A DNA stretch of 64,000 nucleotides from Paraspadella gotoi. Taxonomy: Eukaryota > Animalia > Chaetognatha. Both the position numbers and the translations under genes were made by a program. Positions 51,319-64,000 of this stretch are shown here, one piece after another. The notes under the pieces were generated by a model. It did no database searches and was not told the origin of the DNA. It saw only the letters and a program-made list of their open reading frames with translations. The stretch lies in contig CM119270.1 of NCBI GenBank assembly GCA_051294375.1, forward strand, positions 19,877,874 to 19,941,873. Reading direction: 5' to 3'. Within the stretch, counting starts at the first letter, position 1. Each line of letters starts with the position of its first letter.

Positions 51319-51642
51319 NNNNNNNNNNNNNNNNNNNNNNNNNNNNNNNNNNNNNNNNNNNNNNNNNNNNNNNNNNNNNNNNNNNNNNNNNNNNNNNNNN
51401 NNNNNNNNNNNNNNNNNNNNNNNNNNNNNNNNNNNNNNNNNNNGAGAGAGAGATAGAGAGAGAGAGAGAGAATGTTTCAATCGACTTCGGCGAGATGAAA
51501 CCAGCAGAACAAGCAAAAAAAGTTTTCGAAGGAAATAAATCTATACAATTGCGATTAAGCCGCCGAGATTTAGATTAAGATTTATGTAAGGAGTTAGATT
51601 TATATTAAAATTTAGAATTAGATTTAGATTTAAATTTACAAG

Positions 51643-51835
51643 CGAGGCAGGTACTCTGGGAGTGAATAAACGAGACGGAGAGAGTCTTAATTGAAAGCTT
51701 GTAGAGACCTGCAATGTGATTATCTTGTAAGAGTGATGGAGGACCTAAAGCAGCAAAGCCTGTCCAAAGTCAGGGGCAAGCTAACTTATTGAATGAATGG
51801 TTAATTTTATATTGGTTGTACCAAATTGACATAAC
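51643..51835 (-). repeat. Dispersed ~200-bp repeat, copy 2 (inverted relative to 11300-11498)
   Basis: caggtactctgggagtgaataaacgagac...ttatcttgtaagagtgatg...ccaaagtcaggggcaag...tatattggttgtacca. Confidence 0.7.
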
Positions 51836-52599
51836 CTTCCTTTTTCCATATGCTGACAATTTCTATATATTTTACTTTCACACTAATTTTTAACTAACTT
51901 TCACTTTAAATCATTCCATCACAAACTTATTTCATCAATTTCTATATCCTTTTAATAATATTAACCATTTTCACTGAATTTACCATTTTATCACTTAATC
52001 CGCTCACGTGAATTGCCTTCGCCTTTCACGTCCTTCACGCAAATCGAAAATTCTCTCTTCTCTCACTTTTTTTTAAAATAAAACTTCTCTTCTTTTATTC
52101 TTTTTATTCTTCTTTTATTATTTTTTTAAAAAATATTCTTTAACTTAATTCTCTTATTTTCGTTTTTTTTCCTTTAATTTCTATTTTCCCCTTTTTTTCT
52201 CTTATCTCAGTTCTGCTTTCCATATTTTTTTCTTTTCGTCGAAATATATATATATATATCTCTCTCTCTCTCCCTCTCCCTCTCTCTCTCTCCCTCTCCC
52301 TCTCTCTCTCTCTTCATATGCTTTTTTAAATTAAAAGACAAAAAAAAGACCTCCCTCAAAATAGCAACCCCTTCCCAACTACGTCACATCTTCCACTCTT
52401 CAATCCTTTTCTCCGACTTTTCCCCGTGAATCTACTCCGTCTTGAAAAAGAAGTAAAAAAACCCAATTCCATATTTGGGCATTTCTCATTTTCGCCTCTC
52501 GATTCCATTTTATCTGCGGTTCCATTGACGTCTCGCTTCCCCGCCCCCTTATCTTTTCCACGCCCCTTTTTTCACTTTCCATTATCACCGGCGAATCTT

Positions 52600-53035
52600 G
52601 ACGTCCGCTTTTCCCTTTTCTTTCACCAGCCTTACCTTTTTCTTTCACCAGCCTTACCTTTTTCTTTCACCAGCCTTACCTTTTTCTTTCACCACGCTTA
52701 CCTTTTTCTTTCACCAGCCTTATCTTTTTCTTCACCAGCTTTACTTATTTCTTTCACCAGCCTTACCTTTTTCTTCACCAGTCTTACTTTTCTTCACCAG
52801 CCTTACATTTTTCTTTCACCAGCCTTATATTTTTCTTTCACCAGCCTTATCTTTTATTTCACCAGCCTTACCTTTTTCTTTCACTTGCCTTATCTTTTTC
52901 TTACCCTTGCTTTAACTTTTTCTTCACCAGCCTTCCCTTTTTCTTTCACTTGCTCTTACAGTTTTCTTTCATCAGCCTACCAATTTTTCTTTTACCCGCC
53001 TTACTTTTTTCTTTCACTAGCATTATCTTTTTCTT
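52600..53035 (+). repeat. Pyrimidine-rich minisatellite, ~22-bp unit (TTTTCTTTCACCAGCCTTACCT)
   Basis: Roughly 18-19 degenerate tandem copies; explains ORFs 52426-53109 and 52598-52915. Confidence 0.9.
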
Positions 53036-53620
53036 TTAAACTCACCTTCGTCTCATTCAGTATCACGCCCTTCGTTCACTCCCTCTTTTTCACCCCGCCC
53101 TTTCATTAGCTTCTAACACGAAATTTAATCCCACCGCCGCGACTGGAGCAGTCGAACTTACTCTCAGTCAACCACATTTCCGACCACAGTCAACCACGCT
53201 TCGTCTCTCTTCTTGAATACACTCACTGTCTCACAACCACACTAGAAGCCACCAGAATCAATCCAACCACGTGAGTCGACCACACTTTAACCCACTACCA
53301 CCCACACAAACCAAAAGCTACTCTCGCCCACACACACCAACCCACTCTTTATTACACCGACCCACACTAACACATACCCACCTACGCTAACCCACACTGA
53401 CCCACACCAAGCCACACCCACTCACAGTAACCCACACCGACCACACGAACCCAAAAGCCCCCACGCCCACCCACACAGACGCACACCAACCCACACAAAC
53501 CCACCAACACTTACCCACACCGACCCACACCGACCTAATCCTTCTTCCGCTTCTCGTCTTGTTTATTCGTCGAAACCTAATTTCGGTGAATCGACCCTCA
53601 GATTTACTGTGGGTGGCTTC

Positions 53621-53702
<82 letters not shown>

Positions 53703-54134
53703 TTTCATATGCGACTCGAAAGACAAAAAAATTCTTTTCTTTGTTTCTGCGAGAAAATATTTATTTTTTGTTTACTGATTTGTCCTTTGCCTCTTCTCTT
53801 TATTTCTTTGAATATTTCTTTCTTTCTTTCTTTCTTTCTTTCTTACTTTCTTTCTTTCTTTCTTTCTACATTCTTTATTCTTTGACTTTGTTTTTTTGTT
53901 TTTATCTTTTTCTCTCTCTTTTTTAAAATTTTTCTTTTTTTCTTTATTTCATCTTTTCTTTAACTCGGCCTTCGTTGATTAATTTTTATTACAAAAAAAA
54001 TATTTTTCTCTTCCCTTAGTTTCTTTTTCTTTCTTTTTTCTTTTTCCTTCTTTACTCTTCAGTCTTATCTCCTGACACTTGCTTCCCTCTTCAAACTTTC
54101 AGCTGAGATTCGTGTTCTGTTTGCCAAATCTTTT

Positions 54135-54190
<56 letters not shown>

Positions 54191-54893
54191 TTTTCCTTCT
54201 TTTTTTTTCTTTCTTTCTTTCTTTCTTGCTTTCTTTCTTTTCTTCTGTTCTTCTTTCATTTTTATTTTTTATTTTTTCCTTCTTTCTTTCATTTTTTTCC
54301 TTTCTTTTCTTTTTTCTTTCTTTCTTTCTTTTTTTCTTTCTTTCTTTCCTTCATTCTTTCTTTCCTTCTTCTTTTCCTCTTTCTTTCTTTCCTCCTTTTT
54401 TCCCTTTTTTTTCTTCTCTTTATCTTTCTTCCTCTCCTTTTGAAGAATCTTCCTTTGTTTACAAGGTCTGTCTTATCGACCGTCTTTTCCTCACCCTTTT
54501 CACTCCCACATGAATATCACCTAACCTCACCTCACCTCACCCACCTGACCCGACGTCACTCACTCACCCACCTACCCGACGTCACTTTCCCCCACCCCAC
54601 TATACTAAATATAACTCAGATATCATTATTTCTTCTCTTTTCCTTTTCCTCCGCCACTCGAGTCTCCCTTTTTTTTAATTTATTTCGTATTCCTAGCATC
54701 CGGTTATCCTTTTTTTTTCATCCTCCCTCCTTTCCCTTCTCAGCATCTACTCTCTCTCCCTCTCTTCCTCTTCCCTTGACCCCATCTCCCCTTTCCTTTC
54801 CTCTTCCTGCCTCCTCTTCCTCCCTCCCTCCACCTCCTTCTTACCTTTCCTCTTCCTGCCTCCTCTTCCTCCCTCCCTCCCCCTCTCTCTCAC

Positions 54894-55516
54894 CTTTCCT
54901 CTTCCTCCCTCCTCTTCCTCCCTCTCTCCACCTCCCCCTTACCTTTCCTCTTCCTCCCCCTCTTCCTTCCCTCAGCCATCGTCGCTTGTGTAAACATCGT
55001 CAATAGAACGAGGAGGAGAGCAAATAAGGCGTAGACCCTACTCGTGCTGTAGCGAGGGATGTAGCGAGGGCTGGAGCGAGGGCTGTATAGAGGGCTGGAA
55101 CTAGGACCCGAGCGAGGACTGGACCGGCCGCTCGCCTTTGGCAAAGTGGTGGGTCGGCATGGGGCGCGCTGGAGCGAAGGGCGGAAGGAAAAAGGAGCGG
55201 GTAAGTTCATCCTAGACTCGATTGGGCGAGGCGAGGTGGGGCAAATGGGAGGCGATCGCCGGCGGGTCAGGCGACGAGGCGGTGAGTCGGGTGAGTCTGG
55301 GTCAGGTTCCATCGGAGCGTGGATGAGGGGAAGGGAAGAAGGAAGAGTTGTCGGGACAATTGTCTGGACCGAATTTTCAGTTTTTGTCGGCCTCGCGTCG
55401 GCCAGGATTCGTTCGCCCGTAAGAAAGAAACGACGAATCGTCGGTGGAGACTTTGAGGAGCGACTTGACGAGCCACTCGAGGGACGAAGGATGCTAGAAG
55501 TTGTCGAGGATTTCAT
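54894..55516 (-). CDS. Candidate first coding exon of APCDD1 (signal-anchor/peptide-bearing)
   Basis: GC-rich open frame with ATGs at 55516/55312/55210, Ser/Pro/Arg-rich leader then hydrophobic YALFALLLVLLTMFTQATMA; donors at 54943 (phase 1, gtaag) and 54894 (phase 2, gtgag; phase-compatible with the 42239 exon). Same strand and upstream of APCDD1, whose reconstructed exons lack a signal peptide. Confidence 0.45.
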
Positions 55517-57150
55517 CGCTGGAATCGAGGGAGGGCGTGGCGAGACGAAGAGGGCGCTCGGGATCGCGAGGGGGGGGCAGATTCGAGGATTGGCGGGAAA
55601 GAGATGAGACGATGGAGAACGATCGGCGTAGCAATTTAGAGAGAGGGCAACGTAGCAAGCGTGACAGACGTGACACACGCGTGACTTTTTCGGGATAAGA
55701 TGGATATGGTGAAAGTATTATTTATTGTTTTCTTGGATTCGGGTTTGGGTTTTTATGTGTTTTTTTTTTTTTTTTTGTTTTCTCAGAAATAAGCGGAAAT
55801 AAAGAATTTCTAACAAATCCGTGATTATATTTTATCGACTTGAGTCACGTGACGACGTCAAAGTTGTTTTTCCTGCTGTGTGTGATTGTTGTTATTATTG
55901 TTGTTGTTTTTATTGTTTGCAGGATCTTTGAATATGAATCTACTACAATGCGAGCAAAGATGCAATCTTTGATGGGATCTGAAATGAAAGAAAACATTTA
56001 AAGTGTTTTGTTAAACATTTAAGATGTGAAAAAATGCGAACAGACGTGAATTCAGATGCGATCATCGATGGGAAATGCGGTTGACAAAAGTCCATCAGGA
56101 TCTTGGTTCACATGAAAGGAGAGATAAGAAAACAAAAATTGTATCGGAAAATGAGAGAGAGAGAGAAAGAGAGAGAGAGATTACTACTGAATAGGAGAAA
56201 AAAAAGGAAAAGAAAAAAAAGAAAATGAAAACATGAGAGGAAATGAAAATAAGCCCCGACAACTGTAGTCAGTACAGCGATGCCGAAATGAAAACAAACA
56301 CACAAAAAAGGATTTTCTATCGCGGATTCATTTACTTTTAAAAGAAAGATGAAAGGGATAAAAAAATGTATAAAAGAAAGTAATAGTTTCTAGTATAATA
56401 GAATAGGGAAAAATTTTCTAATTTTAGTTTAAAAATATAAGTTTTTACAGGCGATAACCTTTTTATTGATTAAATAATTAGTGTTTTTAAAGCTGTCCTA
56501 ATTAATTCGGAAGCAAAACTAATTATGAAATAACTAAAGTTTTTTTTTAGATTTTAAAATATTTAATAATCATGAATAAATTATTTTCTCCTACTTCATT
56601 TCTAATTTTTTTATTATCTAAATCTAATATTAGTACTACTAAGTAGAATCGTATGTTTTAAATAAGGATAAGTTTTATATTATATTAACTTAAATGTTGA
56701 AAGAAATAAAAACGACTAAAATCTAAAACGACAAAGAAGCTGGAAATGTGAACCGGTTGATAGTTAAAATAGCGGAGAGTTAAAAAGAAATTCTTTTTGT
56801 CGGAATGACTCATTACAAGTAATTGCCTTTACTGCTTCCCTTTACTATTATTCCAAAATAAACTTCGCAATAAATTTAAAAATTAAATCGTTTTTTTCTT
56901 TTTTTTTGCCGAGAAAAATCCCGGAGAGGAAAAGTCGTTAGTTTTTAGCGTGAATTCATCAGTTTAATTCTTTTTTTATATTTTCTGATTCCGTATAAAA
57001 CAAAATAACAAAGGGAGAGAAAAGGAGAAAAAAATATTTATTTTTTACATTTGGGTCGACTCCCCCATTAAAAGGGGGGGATTCAAAAACTGAAGTTCGT
57101 GGCATATAAATGCGGAAGACAAAAAGATCGTAAAGATAGAATTGGTTAAG

Positions 57151-57277
<127 letters not shown>

Positions 57278-58345
57278 GAAATGATATCTTGAGATATCGG
57301 AATGAATTATATTCTTTTCGAGAAAAAGAATGAGATAAAAACGAAAAGGATTCGCTCAAAAAGGATTTGAAGAAAAAGAAGAATTAATCACAACCAAAAA
57401 TGTTCAGATAGATAAAAGGAGCAGAGGCGGCATTTTTAAGTGTCTCTCTCTCTCTCTCTCTCTCTCTGTTTTTTTTTCTTTCTCTCTCTTTCTCTCCCTC
57501 TCTCTTTCTCCCTCAAGTCCGGAGAGTACCGCAAAATTTAATAAAAATATTTTCTCCCGTTTTTTAAAAAAAGAAATCTTTGCCCGCTAACAAAGGCATA
57601 AAAATGTCATTTTTGAGACTCTGCAGTCGGTAACACAAAAGGGGAAAAAGTGTTTAAAAAAAATAATGTCTTTTGTTTGAAATTTAGAAGAAAAAAAGTG
57701 TTAGAAAAGTAATGACTTTTTTTAGAGAATTGCTTTGAAAGATATGTTTAACCAAAAAAAATGCCTTTAAAAATATTGCCTTTTTCTTTGAATATTTAAA
57801 CTTTTAAAGAAGTATTATTAAAACGACATCTTATAATTAAAATTTTAAATCAAAATTAAAAATTGATGATTTTAAATTAAAATCGAGGAAAATCGAAAAA
57901 ATCTTTTTTTTCGATCGATTTTGAAATTGAATCACGCGCGATCGTAAATTGAATTCGATGATTTTATTTTTATTAATTTTTCCAAAAATATTTTGTATTT
58001 CTTCCTTTTTTTTTCTTTTTTTAAAATTTAAAATAACGAAAAGAATATTTTAATTTTTTCTTTCCGCAATCGTGGTTTTTTCCTCCAATGAAAAAAAAAG
58101 TCCGAAGTCCTTCTCTCTTCCTTTATTTTCTCCGATCTCTTCCTTAATTCTTTCCTTTTTATTCTCCAGAATTGTTTTCCTTTTTTTTCACTCGCAACCC
58201 GAAGATCGATGTTACGAAATAAGGGGGTTTCCGTTTTCCTCTTCCTCTTCCTCCTCCTATCAAAACTCAACGACTTCGATCCTCTTCCCGTCGATCCGCT
58301 CTTCCTTCTTAATAATTTCTTTGACGCGATTTTCACGTCGATTTT

Positions 58346-58387
<42 letters not shown>

Positions 58388-58879
58388 GAATTAAGAAAGA
58401 GAAGATTCTGATCGTCCCTCTTCTCTTCTTCCTCCTCTTCCTCCTCTTCTTCCACTTCTTCCTATTCCTCCTCTTCCTTCTCTTCTTCCTCTTCCTCCTC
58501 TTTATTCTCTTCTTCCTCTTCATCCCCCCTTTCCCCCCTCTTTCTAGTCCTCTTGTCTTTCTTTTCTTCTATTTTTATTTCCCCTCATCTCTCTCTCTCT
58601 CTCTCTCTTTCTCGCATTCCCTCCCTCACTCCTCGCTCTCTCTTCCTCTCTCTCTCTCTCCTCTCTCTCTCTCTCCCTCTCTACTCTCTCTCCTCTTTTC
58701 TCTCGTGTTCTCTTCCCTCCCTCCCCCAACCCACTGTCTCTCTCTCTTCTCCCTCTCTCTTCTCTCTCTCTCTCTCTCTCTTCTCCCCCCAAACATATTC
58801 TTTTCCTCTTCAAAATTCCACTGAAGAGAATAATCATTACAACAACAACAACAACAACCGTATTGTGCCCATAAAAATC

Positions 58880-59090
58880 TCCATCAACTTTTCTATCAAA
58901 TTTTACTTAAAATTTTACATAAAATTTTAATAAAATTTTCCCTAACTTTTCCATACTTTTCCATCAACTTTTCTGCTAACTCTTCTGCTAACTTTTCCGC
59001 CAACTTTTCTGATAACTTTTTCATCAACTTCTGTCAACTTTTCCATCAAATTTTCAATTATCTTTTCTATCAACTTTTTACTATAACTTT
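58880..59090 (+). repeat. 12-bp degenerate minisatellite (AACTTTTCTATC-like)
   Basis: Repeated aacttttcca/ctatc/ctgct units; explains ORF 58942-59139. Confidence 0.75.
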
Positions 59091-60049
59091 TCTCTTTGGT
59101 TCGCTGGTCTTTTAATTTCAAAGATAAAACAGCGGACATATCGTTAACAATAGCGACGTTATTAACAAAGAACTAATAAATATTGTTAGTAGATAAATAT
59201 TTTAGTTTACTATAGCAAACGAGCTCCCATTAACTAAGTCAGATTTTTTCGTCTCTTCCCAGCCTTCCACTTGTGAGGGACCCCTATGGCCAGTGAACAT
59301 CCTCAAAAAGAAGAAAGGATCAGATTACTGTTAGTTAACAATGAATATTTCTTACTTACGAAATTAAAATACAGTACGATATCTATCATCGTCGCGTACG
59401 TGAACTTTCTATATATACAATAATATGTAATAATGTAAAATATTTGAAAGTGTAGTTGTATTACCAAGTCACAATTTGGACTTGTTTTCAATTTCGAAAC
59501 AAAGTTTACGACACAAAACTTTGTTCACTTTTCAAAACAAAAAACGAAAGAAAAAAACAGAAAAAAAGTTTTGACGTCATCGTCTTTGAACGACGTCATT
59601 AGGTGAAGGAAAAAAAATACAAAATTAAAAAGACGTGAAAATTATTCACGCAACGAATTAGTTTCACGCGTCACATCTGTTATGACGACGAAATGATGTG
59701 AGTCGTGAACGATGTGGTGATCGGTGTGAACGGCGTCACGAAAAGATGGAGTGACGCGGTGAGACCCAAAATTTGTTTTCGTCAAAATCACGATGATGAC
59801 GTCAAGAATTTTTTTTTTAAAGTTTTCAATTTCGTCATCCAATTCGTTACGAGCCCCGCAGGGCCTTATTTTCCGAGAACGCTCCATTTCATTTTAGATT
59901 CGAAATTAGGTTAATTTTGATCGGTCTGTCCGTCAGTTGGTCGATCGGTTGGTCGGTATGTCTGTTCATCGGTCTGTCCCATTTACATTAAAAATGCATA
60001 CAATTTGCATTGAGATTAAATTGAGATGCAATGATGCAGTGCATGTCTT

Positions 60050-60261
60050 AAATAGGGCTAAGGAAGTTGGGATTAAAAGTTAGGATTAAAAATAAGGGTT
60101 TAAGGTTAGGGTTCAGGATTAGGTTTGGTTTATGGATTAGGGTTAAGGATTAGAGTTAGTTATTGGTTTAAAAGTCTAAAAATATATTTAGGTTAAATAT
60201 AAATATTAAAATTATAATCTGGGAAAAAAGAACGAAAAGCGGGCATTCTCGGAAGATAGAG
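60050..60261 (-). mobile_element. CCTAA-repeat MITE-like family copy (reverse orientation)
   Basis: TTAGGG/TTAGG-like array ending ctgggaaaaaagaacgaaaagcgggcattctcggaagatagag, mirroring the 5' end of 44135-44705. Confidence 0.5.
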
Positions 60262-62264
60262 TCAAGATTTAAGCAAAACCAGAGTCTTGCAACGTCTTTT
60301 GCTTAATAATTTATACTTAATCATAATGCTTATACATGCTCTTCTTCTAATGCTATAGTTTAAATTTTTAGAATTCGTCTGAATGATATATATTGGTTGT
60401 ACCAATTTCATATATGTAACTCGACAAAAAATTAACAATTTTCTACACGAAAAGAATTCTCGACTCATACTATGAGTCATAGGACAATTTATAAGGAAAT
60501 GAATCTTAAAAATTATTTAACATAATCAACAACACATTTTTAATTATCCACTCGACGAATAAATAATGAAATATAAAAATAAACTAATAATTAAACAAAA
60601 TGTAAAGAAAAATGAACTAAATGAATCGAATCTTCGTCGATTAAGAAAATCTTCGTCAAAATGAAAAACGAACATCAACGTCAAAGATGATTTTTTTTCC
60701 TTCGAACCTTAAAAGAGTCGAGATAAATTTCTTTTTTCGATGCGTCCCCGCATCGGCGAAACACATTTTGGCTCTCTTTTTTGAAAGCGTTCTATTTCTG
60801 TTTTTTTAATCCCCTAACTGAATTTCAATTATAAAATTTTTTCCCAGACTTGTTCTTGAGCTTAATAACTAAATAATTTCTGATCCTAACATCTAACCTA
60901 ATTTTTAAACCTAAAAATTAATTTAGTTCTGAATTTATGGTAAAACAAAGCATTTTATAAAACTTACTTATAATTAAAGACTAAGAAAATTAAGATATGA
61001 ACCCATATTTTTAATTTTTTATCTTATCATAGAATTAGTCCAAAATATTAGGAGTAATAGCTATATAAATATATTTAAAATGTATCTTCAATTAAATAGT
61101 TAAATAATTATACTAATTAGTTAAAGTTTCGACGCATCCATGAAGCTTAGGTTTACAGATTAAATTTCAAAAACGAGAAGCGAACAAATTTTTCTGCTTG
61201 TTTTGACAAGAACAACGACAACAACAACGACAACAACAACAAGTTATGACCAGAAAGTGAAGATCGGTTTTAACGAGAAGCGAAGTATCTTTTTGATCGA
61301 TGGGTCGCGGGTTCGAGACCAGACTCTTCTCGCCGATTTTTACACAAAAGACGGGGCGGGGAGGTGAGCGGAATGAATGGGCAAAAAGGTTTCCTAGTTC
61401 GGGATCGGCCAGTGAGATAGAGTCATTATAAGTGTGGTGAATGGTCACCCAAAACTTGGATGGAGCTTGGGTCGTGATTTTGATGACAAGAAAAATCGAG
61501 AATTGCGTCCAGAGAAGTGCAACATTGCTCGATGTCATTGTTGACCTTATTTTCATTGTCGTTGTAGATGTCACTGTCATTGTTTAGGTCATCATTAACA
61601 TAGTTGATGACATTATTTTCCCTGACGAGGAATCCAAATCGCGAACATTNNNNNNNNNNNNNNNNNNNNNNNNNNNNNNNNNNNNNNNNNNNNNNNNNNN
61701 NNNNNNNNNNNNNNNNNNNNNNNNNNNNNNNNNNNNNNNNNNNNNNNNNNNNNNNNNNNNNNNNNNNNNNNNNNNNNNNNNNNNNNNNNNNNNNNNNNNN
61801 NNNNNNNNNNNNNNNNNNNNNNNNNNNNNNNNNNNNNNNNNNNNNNNNNNNNNNNNNNNNNNNNNNNNNNNNNNNNNNNNNNNNNNNNNNNGTAAAATCC
61901 ATAAAAAAATCAAATGGAATCAGATGACGATGGCAGAAAAAAGTGATAACAAGACACTTGAGTTATTTTAGTCGAAAAGGAATGGCATCANNNNNNNNNN
62001 NNNNNNNNNNNNNNNNNNNNNNNNNNNNNNNNNNNNNNNNNNNNNNNNNNNNNNNNNNNNNNNNNNNNNNNNNNNNNNNNNNNNNNNNNNNNNNNNNNNN
62101 NNNNNNNNNNNNNNNNNNNNNNNNNNNNNNNNNNNNNNNNNNNNNNNNNNNNNNNNNNNNNNNNNNNNNNNNNNNNNNNNNNNNNNNNNNNNNNNNNNNN
62201 NNNNNNNNNNNNNNNNNNNNNNNNNNNNNNNNNNNNNNNNNNNNNNNNNNNNNNNNNTCTATTT

Positions 62265-62723
62265 TCATTTTTCAATTTCTTCTGCTCGAAGTAGAACGTC
62301 TTGAAAGAATTTGTCTTTATTTAGATCATCTTCATCATCATCATCGTCATCATCGTCTTCCTCTTCGTCGTGATTGTCATCGTCGTCGTCGCCATTTCTG
62401 GCGCCAGACTCACCTCCTTCCCCACAAATCAGTCTCTTCTTCGACGCCAATCCTTTCACACGGAATAAAGTCGGTCGACCGTCGGCCTGGGCGAACGTGT
62501 CGGTCTGTCGGTCGGCCTGCCCGTCGGCCTGGGCTTTAGCCTGCCCGTCGTCCTGGTCGTCGGCCTGACCGAAAGTGTCGGTCTGGGCATCGACCCGCCC
62601 GTCCGCCCTCCCTTCGGCCTGGGAGGAAAATTCGGATTTCCGTCGCCCTTTGCGTTGGGAGTCATTTTTGGTCACGCCGACTTCAGGGTCGGAATGAACA
62701 GATGGTGAAATTATTTTGAGCAT
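62265..62723 (-). CDS. Possible exon of an unidentified gene: acidic low-complexity segment with QADG/QTDTF repeats
   Basis: GC-rich 152-codon open frame with 12-nt repeats (ccgtcggcctgg) and poly-Asp/Glu; flanked by N gaps; no recognisable domain. An Asn/Asp-rich open segment at ~61430-61650 on the same strand may belong to it. Confidence 0.3.
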   Translation of the reverse strand: MLKIISPSVHSDPEVGVTKNDSQRKGRRKSEFSSQAEGRADGRVDAQTDTFGQADDQDDGQAKAQADGQADRQTDTFAQADGRPTLFRVKGLASKKRLICGEGGESGARNGDDDDDNHDEEEDDDDDDDDEDDLNKDKFFQDVLLRAEEIEK

Positions 62724-63157
62724 AAACTATATTAATCGAGTATCGGTTACACAATACACATTCTCTTAATTTTCGTTTCCATTCTCGTCTTCCTCATCCT
62801 TTGTCTTTTATAATCCCCCTCCACCCNNNNNNNNNNNNNNNNNNNNNNNNNNNNNNNNNNNNNNNNNNNNNNNNNNNNNNNNNNNNNNNNNNNNNNNNNN
62901 NNNNNNNNNNNNNNNNNNNNNNNNNNNNNNNNNNNNNNNNNNNNNNNNNNNNNNNNNNNNNNNNNNNNNNNNNNNNNNNNNNNNNNNNNNNNNNNNNNNN
63001 NNNNNNNNNNNNNNNNNNNNNNNNNNNNNNNNNNNNNNNNNNNNNNNNNNNNNNNNNNNNNNNNNNNNNNNNNNNNNNNNNNNNNAAAACGAAGGAGAAA
63101 AAAAATGAGGAAAAAAATAAATTTTGCTCCATTTTGTGATCTACTTTTTATTCTGCT

Positions 63158-63480
63158 CTCTTTTCCAAAAGCGGTTTTATTTCTATTCCTTAATGATTGA
63201 ACTTAATTTTAACCTTAACATTTAATCCCAAGTTGTTTCAAAAAACCTTTAATACAATCCTTAACTAAAAAATAATCTTGAATATTTAATCCTAATCCTT
63301 AAACCCGAAACCCAATTCCCTGAACCCAAGGCTGTATGAGTGTATCCCTCATCCATAAACCTTAATCCTTAACCTAATCTCAAACCGAATCACTAATCCA
63401 AACCGCTAACATAATCGTTAAACCTAAAAACTAATACAATACCAAATTTAAGGTAAAACGAGTCGCTTTGGGAAAATACG
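63158..63480 (+). mobile_element. CCTAA-repeat MITE-like family copy
   Basis: 5' ctcttttccaaaagcgg, internal cctaatccttaaacc array, 3' gagtcgctttgggaaaatacg (imperfect TIR). Confidence 0.55.
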
Positions 63481-63652
63481 GCCGATGGTTTGTGATGTGA
63501 TAAAAGTTTAAAAAGATATTTGTGATGATGATGATGACGTTATTAAAGCTTGCTATTGATTGCAATGATTGGGGAGTGTCGAATCCTTTGCCTCAACTCT
63601 CGGGGATTCGGGAAATTTTGACCGAATGCTCGCAGGGGATGCAATTCTCAAC

Positions 63653-63745
63653 TAGGGTTCCGTTAACCGTTAATTTTTGAGGAACTTCGCTTAACCGTTA
63701 AAACTAACGTTTTTAACGGTTAACCGTTAAAATCGGTTAATTTTA
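63653..63745 (+). mobile_element. Probable end of a hAT-like non-autonomous DNA transposon
   Basis: TAGGG terminus followed by clustered subterminal (TT)AACCGTT(AA)/AACGGTT repeats in both orientations; other end not visible in window. Confidence 0.4.
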
Positions 63746-64000
63746 TAATTTAACTTTAAATTTAAAATATTAATATTTGAAACTAACTAAAGTATTTAAT
63801 GGTATTTTCTCCTTAACTCCGGCTACTGAATAGTCTTTATCTTTTATTTCAGATAGATGAGGTACACATTATAGTTGATAATTGAGAAAATTGGTTTGAA
63901 AAAACAGCATTATAATAAAAAATTTTTTGCCTCATAGCATAATAAAAATATGAAAAAAAAACAATGAAAGAAAAAGCACAATGTAATTTTAATTCTGTAT

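Noticed and set aside
52600-53035. Regularly spaced direct repeats suggestive of a CRISPR array (also 44240-44640, 16090-16395)
   Set aside because: Head-to-tail degenerate minisatellites with no unique spacers and no cas genes; eukaryotic context.

Overview
AT-rich, microsatellite-laden, gapped eukaryotic (invertebrate animal-like) genomic DNA with GT-AG spliceosomal introns and GC-richer exons; most entries in the six-frame ORF track are exon fragments or simple-repeat artefacts. By hand-splicing I reconstruct: (1) the 5' part of a bark beetle/anakonda-like SRCR/CUB/beta-helix receptor gene (minus, 12597 to beyond base 1), carrying two single-base frameshifts and one haplotype-like duplicated exon; (2) a 5-exon, ~600 aa acyltransferase-3 gene (plus, 15616-21723) whose motifs look bacterial OpgC/MdoC-like rather than animal NRF-6-like; (3) nested on the same strand inside its first coding intron, an intact 6-coding-exon, 119 aa secreted prepropeptide gene (16962-17899) that the ORF track misses entirely; (4) LAPTM4 (plus, 23173-25954); (5) a dynein light chain roadblock gene (minus, 27782-29090); (6) a disrupted, apparently intronless XK-related membrane protein sequence (~32.8-35.3 kb); (7) APCDD1 (minus, 36924-42239, candidate first exon ~55 kb) with TCF-like motif clusters nearby; plus several MITE-like elements, a 240-bp hairpin, minisatellites and assembly duplications. 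The most interesting item is the bacterial-type membrane acyltransferase hosting a nested secreted-peptide precursor gene, a possible peptide-plus-modifying-enzyme unit (hypothesis only). All identifications are from motif recognition, not database searches.
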